Of a stretch of 64,000 nt of DNA, positions 19,631 through 29,105 are shown piece by piece. Under the pieces are notes generated by a model. It did not search any database. It had not been told where the DNA came from and saw only the letters and a program-made list of their open reading frames with translations. The first letter of the stretch is position 1. The number at the start of each line of letters is the position of its first letter. This DNA is from Eubacteriales bacterium (GTDB taxonomy: Bacteria; Bacillota; Clostridia; Oscillospirales; JAAYOS01), in the NCBI GenBank assembly GCA_050950785.1, contig JBMNIG010000021.1, positions 88,029-152,028 on the forward strand. Direction: 5' to 3'. Position numbers and translations under genes: made by a program.

Positions 19631-20948
19631 CGCAAATTGCAAGTTAAAGTGAAACACTTTTTCTCTGTCAAATGTTATCTAGATATCTTGTAGTTTTCAC
19701 TTGTTTCTGGCGGTTTGGGTCTGGGCGGAACGGGAAATGCTTTCGCTATGAACACTTTCTTAGTTCTTCTTTAACTACCTCGTTTGCGCATTTACCTTCT
19801 AAAACCTTACGTGGGTAATCATTAAGCCATTCTTGGATCTTTAATATTGCTTTTGTACTGTATTTCGCTATCGAACATCCCTTGGGGATAAATCGTCGTA
19901 TGTGTCCATTTATCTGTTCATTGGTACCTCTTTCCCATGAATGATATGGGTGACAGTAGTAAATTCGGGTGCGTGCTTTACTGCTTATGCAGGACCGTTC
20001 TAGCTTGCGCCAATCTAAAAACTCACTTCCATTATCAACTGTTATTGTTTTAAACATCTTTCGAAATCGCTTTGCACCTATCTTTTTCTCTAGTTGGTCA
20101 AGTCGTTTTAGCACTTCTTTTTGTGTTTGGCTACGCAACTTAAATATCAGTGTCTTTCTAGATAGCCTCTCAACCAGCACAAGCAAGCATGCCCTGCCTT
20201 TTCCTCGACCTGGTTCAACGCAATCCATTTCCCAGTGACCGAGCTCACTGCGGTCATTCGCCTCTTGTGGGCGCTCATCTATGCGTTTGGCGTCTACATC
20301 CCGTATTCTGCGGGTTACTCGGGTATACTTGCGTTTTGAACTCTTGCCTTTTCGAGGTAAGTCCTTTTTTGTTACATTGAGTAATAACTCACGGTCTATA
20401 TAATTATAGAGCGTTCGCTTAGATATGGGCGTTCTTTGATAGTCAGGGTCATCCTTAAGTTTCTCTATGGTCGCATAAGGAGAGAACTTGCCATTTATAA
20501 TACAGTTCTCAATTTTTTTCTGCTAACTCATAGTTCTTACCAATTTTTAGATGAGCCCCTTTTGCACTTGCCTTCTCATCATAGTCCTCTTGGGCTTTTA
20601 AGGCTGAATAGCTAACCACTTCACGCCATTGGCAATCCCTTAAGATTACCTTCCCACGCCTCAGCTCCCTACTTATTGTGGCTGGACTTACTCCCATTCG
20701 TTCTGCTATTTCCCGATGGCTAAGCCTTGATTTCTTAGGCAAGTAATTGTTCTTAGTTACTATCGCTTCTAACTCTTCACGCTCTTCCAATCTTAGGTGT
20801 TTACCTTTTATGCGAGTTCTGATACAATAGACTTGGCTCATGAAGCTTCTCCGTTTCTGTTTGTTGTAGGAACTAACATTATAACAGAGAAGCTCTCGTG
20901 GGTCTATTTATTTCTTTATTTGTGTTTCATTTAATTTTACAACTCGCC
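19631..20948 (-). mobile_element. IS30-family insertion sequence (about 1318 bp)
   Basis: Imperfect terminal inverted repeats: 19631-19657 matches the reverse complement of 20922-20948 at 19/27 positions, and both end in TGAAACAC. The element is flanked by a 15-bp direct repeat and encodes a DDE transposase with an N-terminal HTH. Confidence 0.8.
19746..20841 (-). CDS. IS30-family transposase in two frames joined at an A7 run (frameshifted or slippage-dependent)
   Basis: The N-terminal frame 20509..20841 (HTH: SHREIAERMGVSPATISRELRRG) stops just after GAAAAAAATTGA. The +1 frame is then open without a stop from about 20519 through 19746. It reads ..KKIENCIINGKFSPYATIEKL..ELGHWEMDCVEPGRGKG..ITVDNGSEF..HPYHSWERGTNEQINGHIRR, the DDE / IS30 signature. 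Confidence 0.8.
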
Positions 20949-20963
20949 CGAAAAATTTAGAAA
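20949..20963. repeat. Target-site duplication, right copy (CGAAAAATTTAGAAA)
   Basis: Identical to 19616-19630. Confidence 0.7.
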
Positions 20964-21131
20964 AGTTCAAAACTGTTCGGATTTTATTTTCTGAATAACG
21001 GATTTATAGTTATTACCTTCTTTACCGAAAAGGAATTTCAGTGTACAATAGAGTATAGATAAATAATATTCCGGTAAACAATTTACTGCTTTTAGATACA
21101 CGATCGTTGAAAGCCTGTATGGAGTCAACTC

Positions 21132-22268
21132 ATGAAATACTTTTGGAAAAGTGTCAAGCGTTTTATAAAGGAAGCCGACATGTTCTTGTTGTCGGTGTGC
21201 CTTATTTGCTCATTTTTTGGTCTGCTGCTCATCATCAGTGCAACATGGAGCTATTCCAACACCCTTAGATATATTATGGTGCAGGGCATAGGTATCTTAA
21301 TCGGTATAGTTCTTTTTGTGCTCTTCTCACTTATTGATATTTACGATCTTTCAGAATATTGGAAGTGGATCCTAGTCTTCAATATACTGTTTATTTCTTC
21401 AACGCTCATATTTGGCATTGAAGTCGGTGGCAACAAAAGTTGGCTGGAAATCCCCTTTGTCAAGATGCGAGTCCAACCTGCCGAGGTTGTAAAAATCACT
21501 TACATTTTGCTTCTTGCAAAGCAGATGTATGCTCAACGTGAGCACATAAGCTCAATTCGTTCTATGCTTCTTCTTGTCGGCCACCTCATGCTCTATGTCA
21601 GCCTTATTTGGGTCTCATCAGGCGATATGGGCATGACTATTGTCTATATTTTTATATTCATTTGCATGGCATTTGCCGCCGGTATCCGTCTATGGTGGTT
21701 CCTGATCGCCGGAGCGGCATGCGTGGCGGTTGTTCCAATGCTGTGGGAATCACTGGGCTATTACCAGAAAATGAGGATACTTGTAGTCCTGGATGACACC
21801 CTTGATCCCCTTGGATACGGTTATCAAGCCTCACGCAGCAAAATGGCAATCGGTTCGGGCAAACTTTTGGGACAAGGCCTTTTTAGCGGAAAACAGACAC
21901 AGTCGGGAAGCCTTCCCGCAAAGCACACCGATCTAATTTTTTCTGTTGCAGGCGAAGAGCTTGGAATGATTGGCTCAGTTGCTATCCTGCTTCTTTTGTG
22001 CGTGATAATCTTTCGCTGTCTATATATTGCAACTAAAGCACGCAATGGGATGGGAGCGCTTGTCTGTACAGGAGTTGCTGCAATGCTCATATTCCAGGTC
22101 TTTGAAAACATTGGTATGTGCGTAGGTCTGACTCCTATAATCGGCATTACCCTTCCCTTCTTCAGCTACGGAGGTTCTTCAGTGATGACTATGTTTGCCG
22201 CCATGGGACTTGTGTCCGGCGTCAAAATGCGGCCCATGCCGGGCTGGTTGAAATCAAGTAGCTCGTAA
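21132..22268 (+). CDS. rodA: FtsW/RodA/SpoVE (SEDS) family peptidoglycan polymerase
   Basis: 378-aa polytopic ORF. Motifs QPAEVVKI, GSGKLLGQG, LPAKHTDLIFSVAGEELG and LPFFSYGGSS are typical of SEDS proteins. Confidence 0.85.
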   Translation: MKYFWKSVKRFIKEADMFLLSVCLICSFFGLLLIISATWSYSNTLRYIMVQGIGILIGIVLFVLFSLIDIYDLSEYWKWILVFNILFISSTLIFGIEVGGNKSWLEIPFVKMRVQPAEVVKITYILLLAKQMYAQREHISSIRSMLLLVGHLMLYVSLIWVSSGDMGMTIVYIFIFICMAFAAGIRLWWFLIAGAACVAVVPMLWESLGYYQKMRILVVLDDTLDPLGYGYQASRSKMAIGSGKLLGQGLFSGKQTQSGSLPAKHTDLIFSVAGEELGMIGSVAILLLLCVIIFRCLYIATKARNGMGALVCTGVAAMLIFQVFENIGMCVGLTPIIGITLPFFSYGGSSVMTMFAAMGLVSGVKMRPMPGWLKSSSS

Positions 22269-22373
22269 AGAGCAGCGCTAACCGATCTGATCGTTCGGTG
22301 GCTGGATGGTCAAAATTGAATGATACCTGCAAGACCACAAATAGCAGGACATTAAAAGTAAAGTAGCTTTAGT

Positions 22374-22406
22374 GAAAATCGGATCGATTTCCGATTTTCT
22401 TTTTTA
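22374..22406 (+). terminator. Intrinsic terminator after rodA
   Basis: Stem GAAAATCGGA / TCCGATTTTC followed by a T7 tract. Confidence 0.7.
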
Positions 22407-22560
22407 TTTCAATGAATTGTGACCATAATAAGTTTGAGAAACTTTAAGACAGGTTCCCATAATTTATATATTTTTTATTTGGCAAGGAATATCGTGGGCA
22501 TTTCAGGCAAACAATAACCTCGACGGACTACGTGAACATGATTCCATGAGGAGGATCAAT

Positions 22561-23889
22561 ATGAAACATAGTAAAAAAATATTTGGTTGCAGGCCTAGCC
22601 GCATTATATCCGTCCTGCTTGCAACAATAATTATGTCAACCGCCGCCGGCGCCGTTTCAGTAACCGAGTTGGACCCCTATATAGCCACCTTCTCCAAAAC
22701 GAGTGAAGTAGGCAGGGATATATCATTCCGAAGTGTGGACTTTCTAAGTAATATAGTAGGCGATGGCGAATTGGAAGGCATCGTGCTGACATCACTACCC
22801 GATGAGTCAGAGGGGGCTCTATACTGCGGAACTCGTGCGCTATATGCGGGTGAGGCAGTAACGACAGAAAACCTTGATGAGCTTTATTTTAAGCCTGCCA
22901 GTAAGAATGAAACCACCACAAGTTTCAGTTTCATTCCGGTATTCAGCGACTCAAACGGGCAAATTACGACCGTCTCCATTGCTCAGGTCAGTGGAAAAAA
23001 TAGTCCACCGGTCGCAGAGGATGTAGAATTTGAAACAATAAAAAACATAGCTGTGACCTGTAGGTTTAAGATCTCAGATCCGGACGACGATAAGCTGGTC
23101 GTGCGTATTCAAAACCCGCCCAGTAAAGGTGATGTGGTCATATCGGAAGAGGATCCGAGCGTCTTCATTTACACTCCGTATCAGAACAAAACCGGTAACG
23201 ACAGCTTCACTTATGTAGCAGTTGACCCTGATGGGCTTATATCTAATACCGCTAAGGTCTCCATCCGTATAACGAAAAACGGAGCAAAGATGACCTATAC
23301 TGATATGGACGGAAATCCAGCTCATCTTGCAGCCATCAAACTGGCAGAAGAGGGCATACTCATCGGTGAGCGGATGGGAGACAACTATTTCTTTAATCCC
23401 AGCAAAGTGGTTTCCAGAGGTGAATTTGTCGCAATGGCACTGACCTGCCTAGGGATTGAGGTAACAACACCTGTTACAAAGACAGGCTTTGCCGACGATT
23501 CCGACACCCCCGCATGGGTCAAGCCGTACCTTTCAACTGCGTTAAAACAGGGCATAATCACCGGCGTCAGCACCTTAGACGGCCGTCGGGTGTTCCGTTC
23601 TGAAAACCCGTTAACAAGAGCCGAGGCACTCGTTGTTCTCAACAATGTGCTAAATCTTGACGAAGGTGAAAGAAGACCGGTGTTCGCGGATGATGAAGCT
23701 GTGCCTGCATGGGCTATGGAGGCAGCCTCAAAAGCAGTTGCAAACGAAATTATTCAAGTGCCCTCCGATGGAAATATCAGACCGTTGGATACTGTGACAA
23801 GGGCAGATGCAGCAGAGATGCTCTTTAGGGCAATAGAAGTTATGAAAAAAGAGCAGTCACGGGGTCTTTTAAGCAGGATTTTTGGATAG
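22561..23889 (+). CDS. Secreted cell-surface protein: cadherin/Ig-like repeat region plus C-terminal SLH domains
   Basis: ORF 22546..23889 trimmed to the ATG at 22561 (GAGGAGG 7 nt upstream). It has a signal peptide and the segment PPVAEDVEFETI..DPDDDKL..GNDSFTYVAVDPDG. The SLH-type repeats include DMDGNPAHLAAIKLAEEGILIG and FADDSDTPAWVKPYLSTALKQGIITG. Confidence 0.75.
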   Translation: MKHSKKIFGCRPSRIISVLLATIIMSTAAGAVSVTELDPYIATFSKTSEVGRDISFRSVDFLSNIVGDGELEGIVLTSLPDESEGALYCGTRALYAGEAVTTENLDELYFKPASKNETTTSFSFIPVFSDSNGQITTVSIAQVSGKNSPPVAEDVEFETIKNIAVTCRFKISDPDDDKLVVRIQNPPSKGDVVISEEDPSVFIYTPYQNKTGNDSFTYVAVDPDGLISNTAKVSIRITKNGAKMTYTDMDGNPAHLAAIKLAEEGILIGERMGDNYFFNPSKVVSRGEFVAMALTCLGIEVTTPVTKTGFADDSDTPAWVKPYLSTALKQGIITGVSTLDGRRVFRSENPLTRAEALVVLNNVLNLDEGERRPVFADDEAVPAWAMEAASKAVANEIIQVPSDGNIRPLDTVTRADAAEMLFRAIEVMKKEQSRGLLSRIFG

Positions 23890-23946
23890 CGCAAAATTTC
23901 CTACAGCTAACTTTATCTAGATTTACTGATGTATTGAATATGAGAA

Positions 23947-23990
23947 AAAGACGGCTTCTGGCTCCGCCAGTAGTCGTCTTTTGCTTGTTT
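23947..23990 (+). terminator. Intrinsic terminator after the SLH protein gene
   Basis: Stem AAAGACGGCT / AGTCGTCTTT with an inner CTGG/CCAG pairing, followed by a T-rich tract. Confidence 0.55.
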
Positions 23991-24026
23991 TTGATATTTG
24001 TGGATCGCTTTTTATTGTCACAGTAG

Positions 24027-25796
24027 TCACCGCACTCGCAGTTTATCTATAAGCGATCTATCGGGAGATACATAGGCCGTGAAATATGGATCATAGATAA
24101 CCATACCCGGTCTTGCTCCTGGTATCTTTTTTACGTTGCGAACTCTTGTGTAGTCCACCGCAACATTTGCACCATTCATTGCCTGTGAATACGCCGCAGC
24201 GATCATTGCAGCTTCGGTGTACGTTTGATCATCAGGCTCTCTTCCGTCGCACCGCAAAATAACATGAGATCCCGGTAGCTTCTGAACATGGAACCATATG
24301 TCATTTTTATGTGCCAGCTTGTGCGTCAGTAGGTCGTTTTGCAGATTATTTCTTCCACACAATATGGTAAATCCGCCTGTTGATCGAAATTCACGGGGTG
24401 ACCGCTGCTGATCTTTACCTTTCTTCCTTTTATCCCGTTGCTTGTATTGCCGAATATATCCTGTATGCTTTAGTTCTTCCCTGATTTCCTCTATATCTTG
24501 AGGATCTACTGCACGGTCGACCAAATCCAGCACACTTTCAAGGTATTTTGCTTCCTGCTCTCCAGACGCAATCTGCTCCTGTAACACTCTTTCAGCGTTC
24601 TTCATTCTATTGTAGTCCTTGTAGTATTTTGCGGCATTCTGCTGTATTGAGAGCTTAGGGTCAAGCCGTATCTCGATTTCTCCGCCCTCAGGGTCGTAAA
24701 AATTAAATACACGGACGCTCTTAGAGCCTTTTGGGGCAGTATTGAGGTTTGCCATTAGCAGGTCACCAAACTCACGAAGTTTATCCCGATCTTTAGCTGT
24801 CTGAAGCTCTCTCTTTTGAGCCTCCACTTTTCGTCTGACTCTGTCATAGACCGGTGATACAACTTTTTTTAGGATCTGTCTTTGTTGATGAAGTCGGGCC
24901 GCAGCTGACCTTTCTTCGTAGAAGGTCCCCACAAGCTGTGAAAAGCTGTCAAATCTTTCAACTCTGTATTTATTGCCATACTGGGTAATCGGTATGAATG
25001 TAAAATCATAAGGTGTTTCTTCGTCAAACAGCATATATGGTACCATTTTGCCAGTTTGAATAATGGTAAACAAATAAGAGATCTCTTCGGCAAAGCACTG
25101 TCTCACTTCACTTGTCATCTCGTAAAAAACCGGTGAGACATCACCTGTTGCTCTGAAAGCTATCTCCCTTGCCACTAAAGGCGATAACCCGAAGAAATTG
25201 TCGATCAGCCACTTGTCCGCTCTTGCGTCTATCGGCGCTGAACCCACGATCGATTGGATGATTTCAGCGGAAGTCTTTAGCGGATTTCTTTTATCCTGTG
25301 CAGGTGGATATTGGTAGAACATGCCGGGTAGCACCTGACGTCTACCTGTAATATCAGTATCAACACGGCGAAGACTGTCGATGATCCGCTCTTCGTCATC
25401 CAGCAATATCAGGTTTGACATTCGGCCGATCAGCTCGATCACTATCCTTTTGCGAGCCACATGACCCATTTCATCAGTCGTGTCGATCTCAAGGGCCAAT
25501 ATACGCTCCAAAGGGGGATGGTTTATTTGTCGAATGATCCCTCCCGTAAAGAGCTTTCGCATCAGCATGCAAAACATCGGAGGGGACTGGGGATTTTCTC
25601 TGGATACATCCCCGATGTGCACCCGTGCGTTATTCTGATTTGCCGAAATGAGTAGGCGAAGATTCTCTCCCATTCCCCTAATATGGAGTAGTATCTCATC
25701 CTTTTCAGGCTGATATATCTTGTCGATCCTTCCCCCTATGATCCTTTGTTCCAACTCCGATCGGAGAGCCGACAATACAACTGCGTCAAGTGGCAT
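24027..25796 (-). CDS. rqcH: Ribosome quality-control factor RqcH (NFACT / FbpA family)
   Basis: 589-aa ORF. The N-terminus MPLDAVVLSALRSELEQRIIGGRIDKIYQPEKDEILLHIR is the NFACT-N signature. A central coiled coil is followed by the C-terminal NFACT-R region (DIWFHVQKLPGSHVIL). Confidence 0.85.
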   Translation of the reverse strand: MPLDAVVLSALRSELEQRIIGGRIDKIYQPEKDEILLHIRGMGENLRLLISANQNNARVHIGDVSRENPQSPPMFCMLMRKLFTGGIIRQINHPPLERILALEIDTTDEMGHVARKRIVIELIGRMSNLILLDDEERIIDSLRRVDTDITGRRQVLPGMFYQYPPAQDKRNPLKTSAEIIQSIVGSAPIDARADKWLIDNFFGLSPLVAREIAFRATGDVSPVFYEMTSEVRQCFAEEISYLFTIIQTGKMVPYMLFDEETPYDFTFIPITQYGNKYRVERFDSFSQLVGTFYEERSAAARLHQQRQILKKVVSPVYDRVRRKVEAQKRELQTAKDRDKLREFGDLLMANLNTAPKGSKSVRVFNFYDPEGGEIEIRLDPKLSIQQNAAKYYKDYNRMKNAERVLQEQIASGEQEAKYLESVLDLVDRAVDPQDIEEIREELKHTGYIRQYKQRDKRKKGKDQQRSPREFRSTGGFTILCGRNNLQNDLLTHKLAHKNDIWFHVQKLPGSHVILRCDGREPDDQTYTEAAMIAAAYSQAMNGANVAVDYTRVRNVKKIPGARPGMVIYDPYFTAYVSPDRSLIDKLRVR

Positions 25797-25798
25797 TA

Positions 25799-26596
25799 CT
25801 ACACCCCAATATAACGCATAGGGTCAACCATGCGTTCAGATTTTTTGATCTCTATAGACTTAAAACGCTCACCAACAAGGCGAACGAGGACCGGACAAAT
25901 CACATCCTCTGTGGCAAAATGACCGGCGTCAATAAGGTTGATACCATACCACTGTGCCTCAAGCATCTGGCCGTGCTTTACATCAGAAGTCACAAATGTA
26001 TCACAACCGGCATCGACGACAAGGGGTATATCGCCCCCGCAGGAACCACCACCAACGGCAACCATCCGGACCGGTTTGCCGCTTGATAAATATTTAGCGC
26101 CGTTTCCGCCGAGTGCCTTTGCTACATGCTCCGCAAATATATCAATGGGCATTTCCTTGGGGATGCTACCCTTTCTGCACACTCCCCTATCTCCGGCGGA
26201 CGAAAGCGAAGTGTCAACTATGACGCTGATATCATTCAAACCTATACGCTCTGCCAAAGAGTCATTTACTCCTCCCTGAGCAACATCAAGGTTTGTGTGC
26301 ATACATATTGCAGCAATGCCCAGCTCGGCAAGTCTTAGAACTCGTGCACCAGTATAGTCGTCATCGGTTACACTATGGAGCCTGGAGTAGATAACCGGAT
26401 GGTGAGCTATTATTAGGTTAGCCCCCCACTCTGCACCCTCTTCGATCACCTCAGGCGTTATGTCAAGAGCCACCAGTACCTTATTTACCTCCTGGTCTCC
26501 GCTTCCAACCAAAAGTCCAGGATTGTCCCCTTCAATTTTAAGTTCCAGCGGGGCAAGCTCTTTAAGATATTGAAATACTTGTTTTACTTTTACCAT
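25799..26596 (-). CDS. Nif3-like dinuclear metal centre protein (YqfO/YbgI family)
   Basis: 265-aa ORF with the motifs LIIAHHPVIY and IDAGHFATE. It shows the conserved pairing with trmK upstream. Confidence 0.85.
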   Translation of the reverse strand: MVKVKQVFQYLKELAPLELKIEGDNPGLLVGSGDQEVNKVLVALDITPEVIEEGAEWGANLIIAHHPVIYSRLHSVTDDDYTGARVLRLAELGIAAICMHTNLDVAQGGVNDSLAERIGLNDISVIVDTSLSSAGDRGVCRKGSIPKEMPIDIFAEHVAKALGGNGAKYLSSGKPVRMVAVGGGSCGGDIPLVVDAGCDTFVTSDVKHGQMLEAQWYGINLIDAGHFATEDVICPVLVRLVGERFKSIEIKKSERMVDPMRYIGV

Positions 26597-26598
26597 AC

Positions 26599-27357
26599 CT
26601 ATACACCCCCGTTATTTTTATCCAAGCTATCTACCCTCTTTAGACAGCCCGCTATTAGGCTTTCTATATCACTAATAGCCCTTTGAATTATATGCCTATA
26701 TCCATCATCCGCACCGTTAAACTCCTTTTTCAATCGGAGCTTCTCTCGTACTAGATAATCACGGTACGGCTCCCCTTCAACGAGATACTTTCCTATCCTT
26801 GTATCCACAAAAGAAAAGCTTTCGGACTTACCTCCACCGGATGCATCTATACAAAGGTATATTTTTTCCTTCTCTCTTACAAGGTGTTCGCTGAAAATTT
26901 TATAGCAGTTTGAATATAAAAAGGATCGCAATTTATAAATACCCGACATCGGTTGCATCAGAAGGTGCACCTTTTTATCAATGATCCACTGAGCATTCTT
27001 CAAAATATTGATTATTGTCTCGCCGCCCATTCCGGCTATGACAACTGTGTCTATCCCGTCGGGAGCTTCTTCGCCCAAGCCGTCACATAGTCGATACTCG
27101 ATCCTGTCCTCCACACCAAAGTTCATTGCTGTTTCCTTGGCGCTATTGAGGGGTCCCTCTTTTATATCGGATGCGATTGCATAACGCACCTTTCCATCTA
27201 AGAGCAGTCGGACCGGCAATTTCCCGTGATCGGTTCCCACATCCCAGATAGCCGCCCCTTCTTGAACTAAGTCAGCAATCTTTTTGAGTCGAGGCGACAG
27301 GGCAGGTACACGACGTGTATTACTATACTCAGGCTGCTGAAACCTTGTTTTGTCCAT
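26599..27357 (-). CDS. trmK: tRNA (adenine22-N1)-methyltransferase TrmK-like SAM-dependent methyltransferase
   Basis: 252-aa ORF. It has the SAM motif DVGTDHGKLPV and IAGMGGETI. The trmK-nif3 gene order is typical of Firmicutes. Confidence 0.8.
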   Translation of the reverse strand: MDKTRFQQPEYSNTRRVPALSPRLKKIADLVQEGAAIWDVGTDHGKLPVRLLLDGKVRYAIASDIKEGPLNSAKETAMNFGVEDRIEYRLCDGLGEEAPDGIDTVVIAGMGGETIINILKNAQWIIDKKVHLLMQPMSGIYKLRSFLYSNCYKIFSEHLVREKEKIYLCIDASGGGKSESFSFVDTRIGKYLVEGEPYRDYLVREKLRLKKEFNGADDGYRHIIQRAISDIESLIAGCLKRVDSLDKNNGGV

Positions 27358-27473
27358 TGACCCTCCCGCATATATTACAATTGCAGATGATTAACTACAG
27401 ATAATAAATCACTTCAAAAAAACAGACCGGGGCAAGGGTCATCCCAAGCCCGCGGTCATCTTTTTCAGATAAA

Positions 27474-27689
27474 TCAGCCTTCGTAAGAAGAGGCTTCTTG
27501 CAAGGCATTGATGCGATCGAGTATCTCGTCAACGTCAACACCGTGAACCTGACAGGCCTGCTCCAGAGTCTCGGCTCTTGATGCAGGACAGCCAAGGCAG
27601 TGCATGCCAATTTCCATGAGAATCCTAGCTGCATCCGGGTTTATCCGAAGAATATCACTGATGATCGTATCCTTTGTAATAGCGGACAT
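27474..27689 (-). CDS. DUF1858 domain protein (hybrid-cluster-protein-associated redox disulfide domain)
   Basis: 71-aa ORF. ISDILRINPDAARILMEIGMHCLGCPASRAETLEQAC is the characteristic CxxC-containing DUF1858 sequence. Confidence 0.75.
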   Translation of the reverse strand: MSAITKDTIISDILRINPDAARILMEIGMHCLGCPASRAETLEQACQVHGVDVDEILDRINALQEASSYEG

Positions 27690-27911
27690 TATGCGGCCTC
27701 CTTTATCTTGAACTGTATTCTGCTAATCTATTTCACATAAAATCATAAAAGCAAGAATATCTATGCTCATTATATCCCAAAGAGGCATCCTTTTCAACAC
27801 CAAATTTATGTGTACTATTATATTGAAAATTGCAACAAAACTTCATTTCATTGATTAGTTTTTGTCAAATAAGCGTGCAAAAAGACAAACGCATAAGTCT
27901 GTGAAAAGGAA

Positions 27912-27939
27912 ACCGGAGCATCATAAAAGATGCTCCGGT
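27912..27939 (-). terminator. Intrinsic terminator after the zinc-ribbon gene
   Basis: 11-bp stem ACCGGAGCATC / GATGCTCCGGT. On the minus strand it is followed by TTTCCTTTTC. Confidence 0.6.
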
Positions 27940-27959
27940 AGGATTTCATATTTCAGAAA

Positions 27960-28238
27960 TCAGCCGTTTTCTCTAATCTTTGCAAAGCAATCGCTGCAGT
28001 AGACCGGTCTGTCGGTCTTGGGCTCGAAGGGTACACGAGCTTCGTTTCCGCAGGATGCGCAAACGGCTGTGAAATACTCTCTCGGACCTCTGGCGGCTGC
28101 TTTACGTGCATCGCGGCAGCTCTTGCACCGCTGGGGTTCATTCTGGAATCCGCGCTCAGCGTAGAACTCCTGCTCACCAGCGGTGAAAACGAACTCCTCC
28201 CCGCACTCTTTGCATACTAATGTTTTGTCTTCGTACAT
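27960..28238 (-). CDS. CxxC-x17-CxxC zinc-ribbon protein (two copies of the motif)
   Basis: 92-aa ORF. It reads CKECGEEFVFTAGEQEFYAERGFQNEPQRCKSC, then CASCGNEARVPFEPKTDRPVYCSDC. RBS is GTGAGG. Confidence 0.7.
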   Translation of the reverse strand: MYEDKTLVCKECGEEFVFTAGEQEFYAERGFQNEPQRCKSCRDARKAAARGPREYFTAVCASCGNEARVPFEPKTDRPVYCSDCFAKIRENG

Positions 28239-28416
28239 GGTCTAACCTCACTTTGACTTTAGTCTTTGCCCCTGGACGGACTCGCACCGACACCTCATTT
28301 TGCGCTCTGGGAATTAAGCTACATAGGGCACGTAAAACGATGCCGACCTGCGCAGTTGCGCAAAGCCAATTACACATTCTGTCGAATGGCATCGATTGTA
28401 ATTCATAGGTAAGTGC

Positions 28417-29049
28417 TCAATTACTGCTGTGCATTAGGTGGCGACTCAACTTTCTTCGTACTCGCCAAATCGCATTATCCACAGATTTTGTGGTCCTGCC
28501 TGTTAAGGAGGCTATTTCTCTTACTGTAAGCCCCTCCAAATACAGATCCAGAATCTTGGATTCAAGACTGCTCAGCAGACCTTTTAGCTCGTTAAAGAGT
28601 TCCTCGTACCTTTCCTTGCTCAAAATGAGTTCTTCGGGGTCAGAATCGGTCAATTGCAAGACTAAGTCTGAGGCGTGATAGCCGTCTTCGGAAAGGGAAT
28701 CTATTGATAGATAGGAATTGAGCGGCATGTGTTTTTTTCTGGTAGCCGCTTTCAAGCCTGAGAAAATACGGTTTTTTATACAGCTCTCAGCGAAGCTCTT
28801 AAATGGAACATTTCTCTTAGGTGAAAAATCTCTGATCGCGCTTAGAAGACCAAGTAAACCTTCCTGTATAATATCTTCAAAGGAGCCACCTGTGAGATAG
28901 TATGGACGGGCACATATGCGCACAAGTCCAAAATAGCGTGAAACAAGAATTTCTTCTGCTTCGCGAACACCACTCGATGCAAGAGAGCATAGCTCTTCAT
29001 CGGAGTACATCGAAAGATCGCTGTATTTCAAACTAAACATCACCTTCAA
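28417..29049 (-). CDS. sigH: Sporulation-initiation sigma factor SigH-like (sigma-70 family)
   Basis: 210-aa ORF. EDIIQEGLLGLLSAIRDFSPKRNVPFKSFAESCIKNRIFSGLKAATRKKHMPLNSYLSIDS matches the SigH-specific region 2-3 pattern (..KHxPLNSYxS..). The region 4 HTH is VREIASLTGRTTKSVDNAIWRVRRKL. Confidence 0.8.
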   Translation of the reverse strand: MKVMFSLKYSDLSMYSDEELCSLASSGVREAEEILVSRYFGLVRICARPYYLTGGSFEDIIQEGLLGLLSAIRDFSPKRNVPFKSFAESCIKNRIFSGLKAATRKKHMPLNSYLSIDSLSEDGYHASDLVLQLTDSDPEELILSKERYEELFNELKGLLSSLESKILDLYLEGLTVREIASLTGRTTKSVDNAIWRVRRKLSRHLMHSSN

Positions 29050-29105
29050 TTATACACAATCTAATTCGAAAGTCAAGCTTGTTACTGAAAACCGACAAAT
29101 TTTTT

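Noticed and set aside
27395-27634. 79-aa ORF overlapping the DUF1858 gene
   Set aside because: It is in a different frame of the same strand as a clearly conserved small gene and has no SD. It is a chance ORF.
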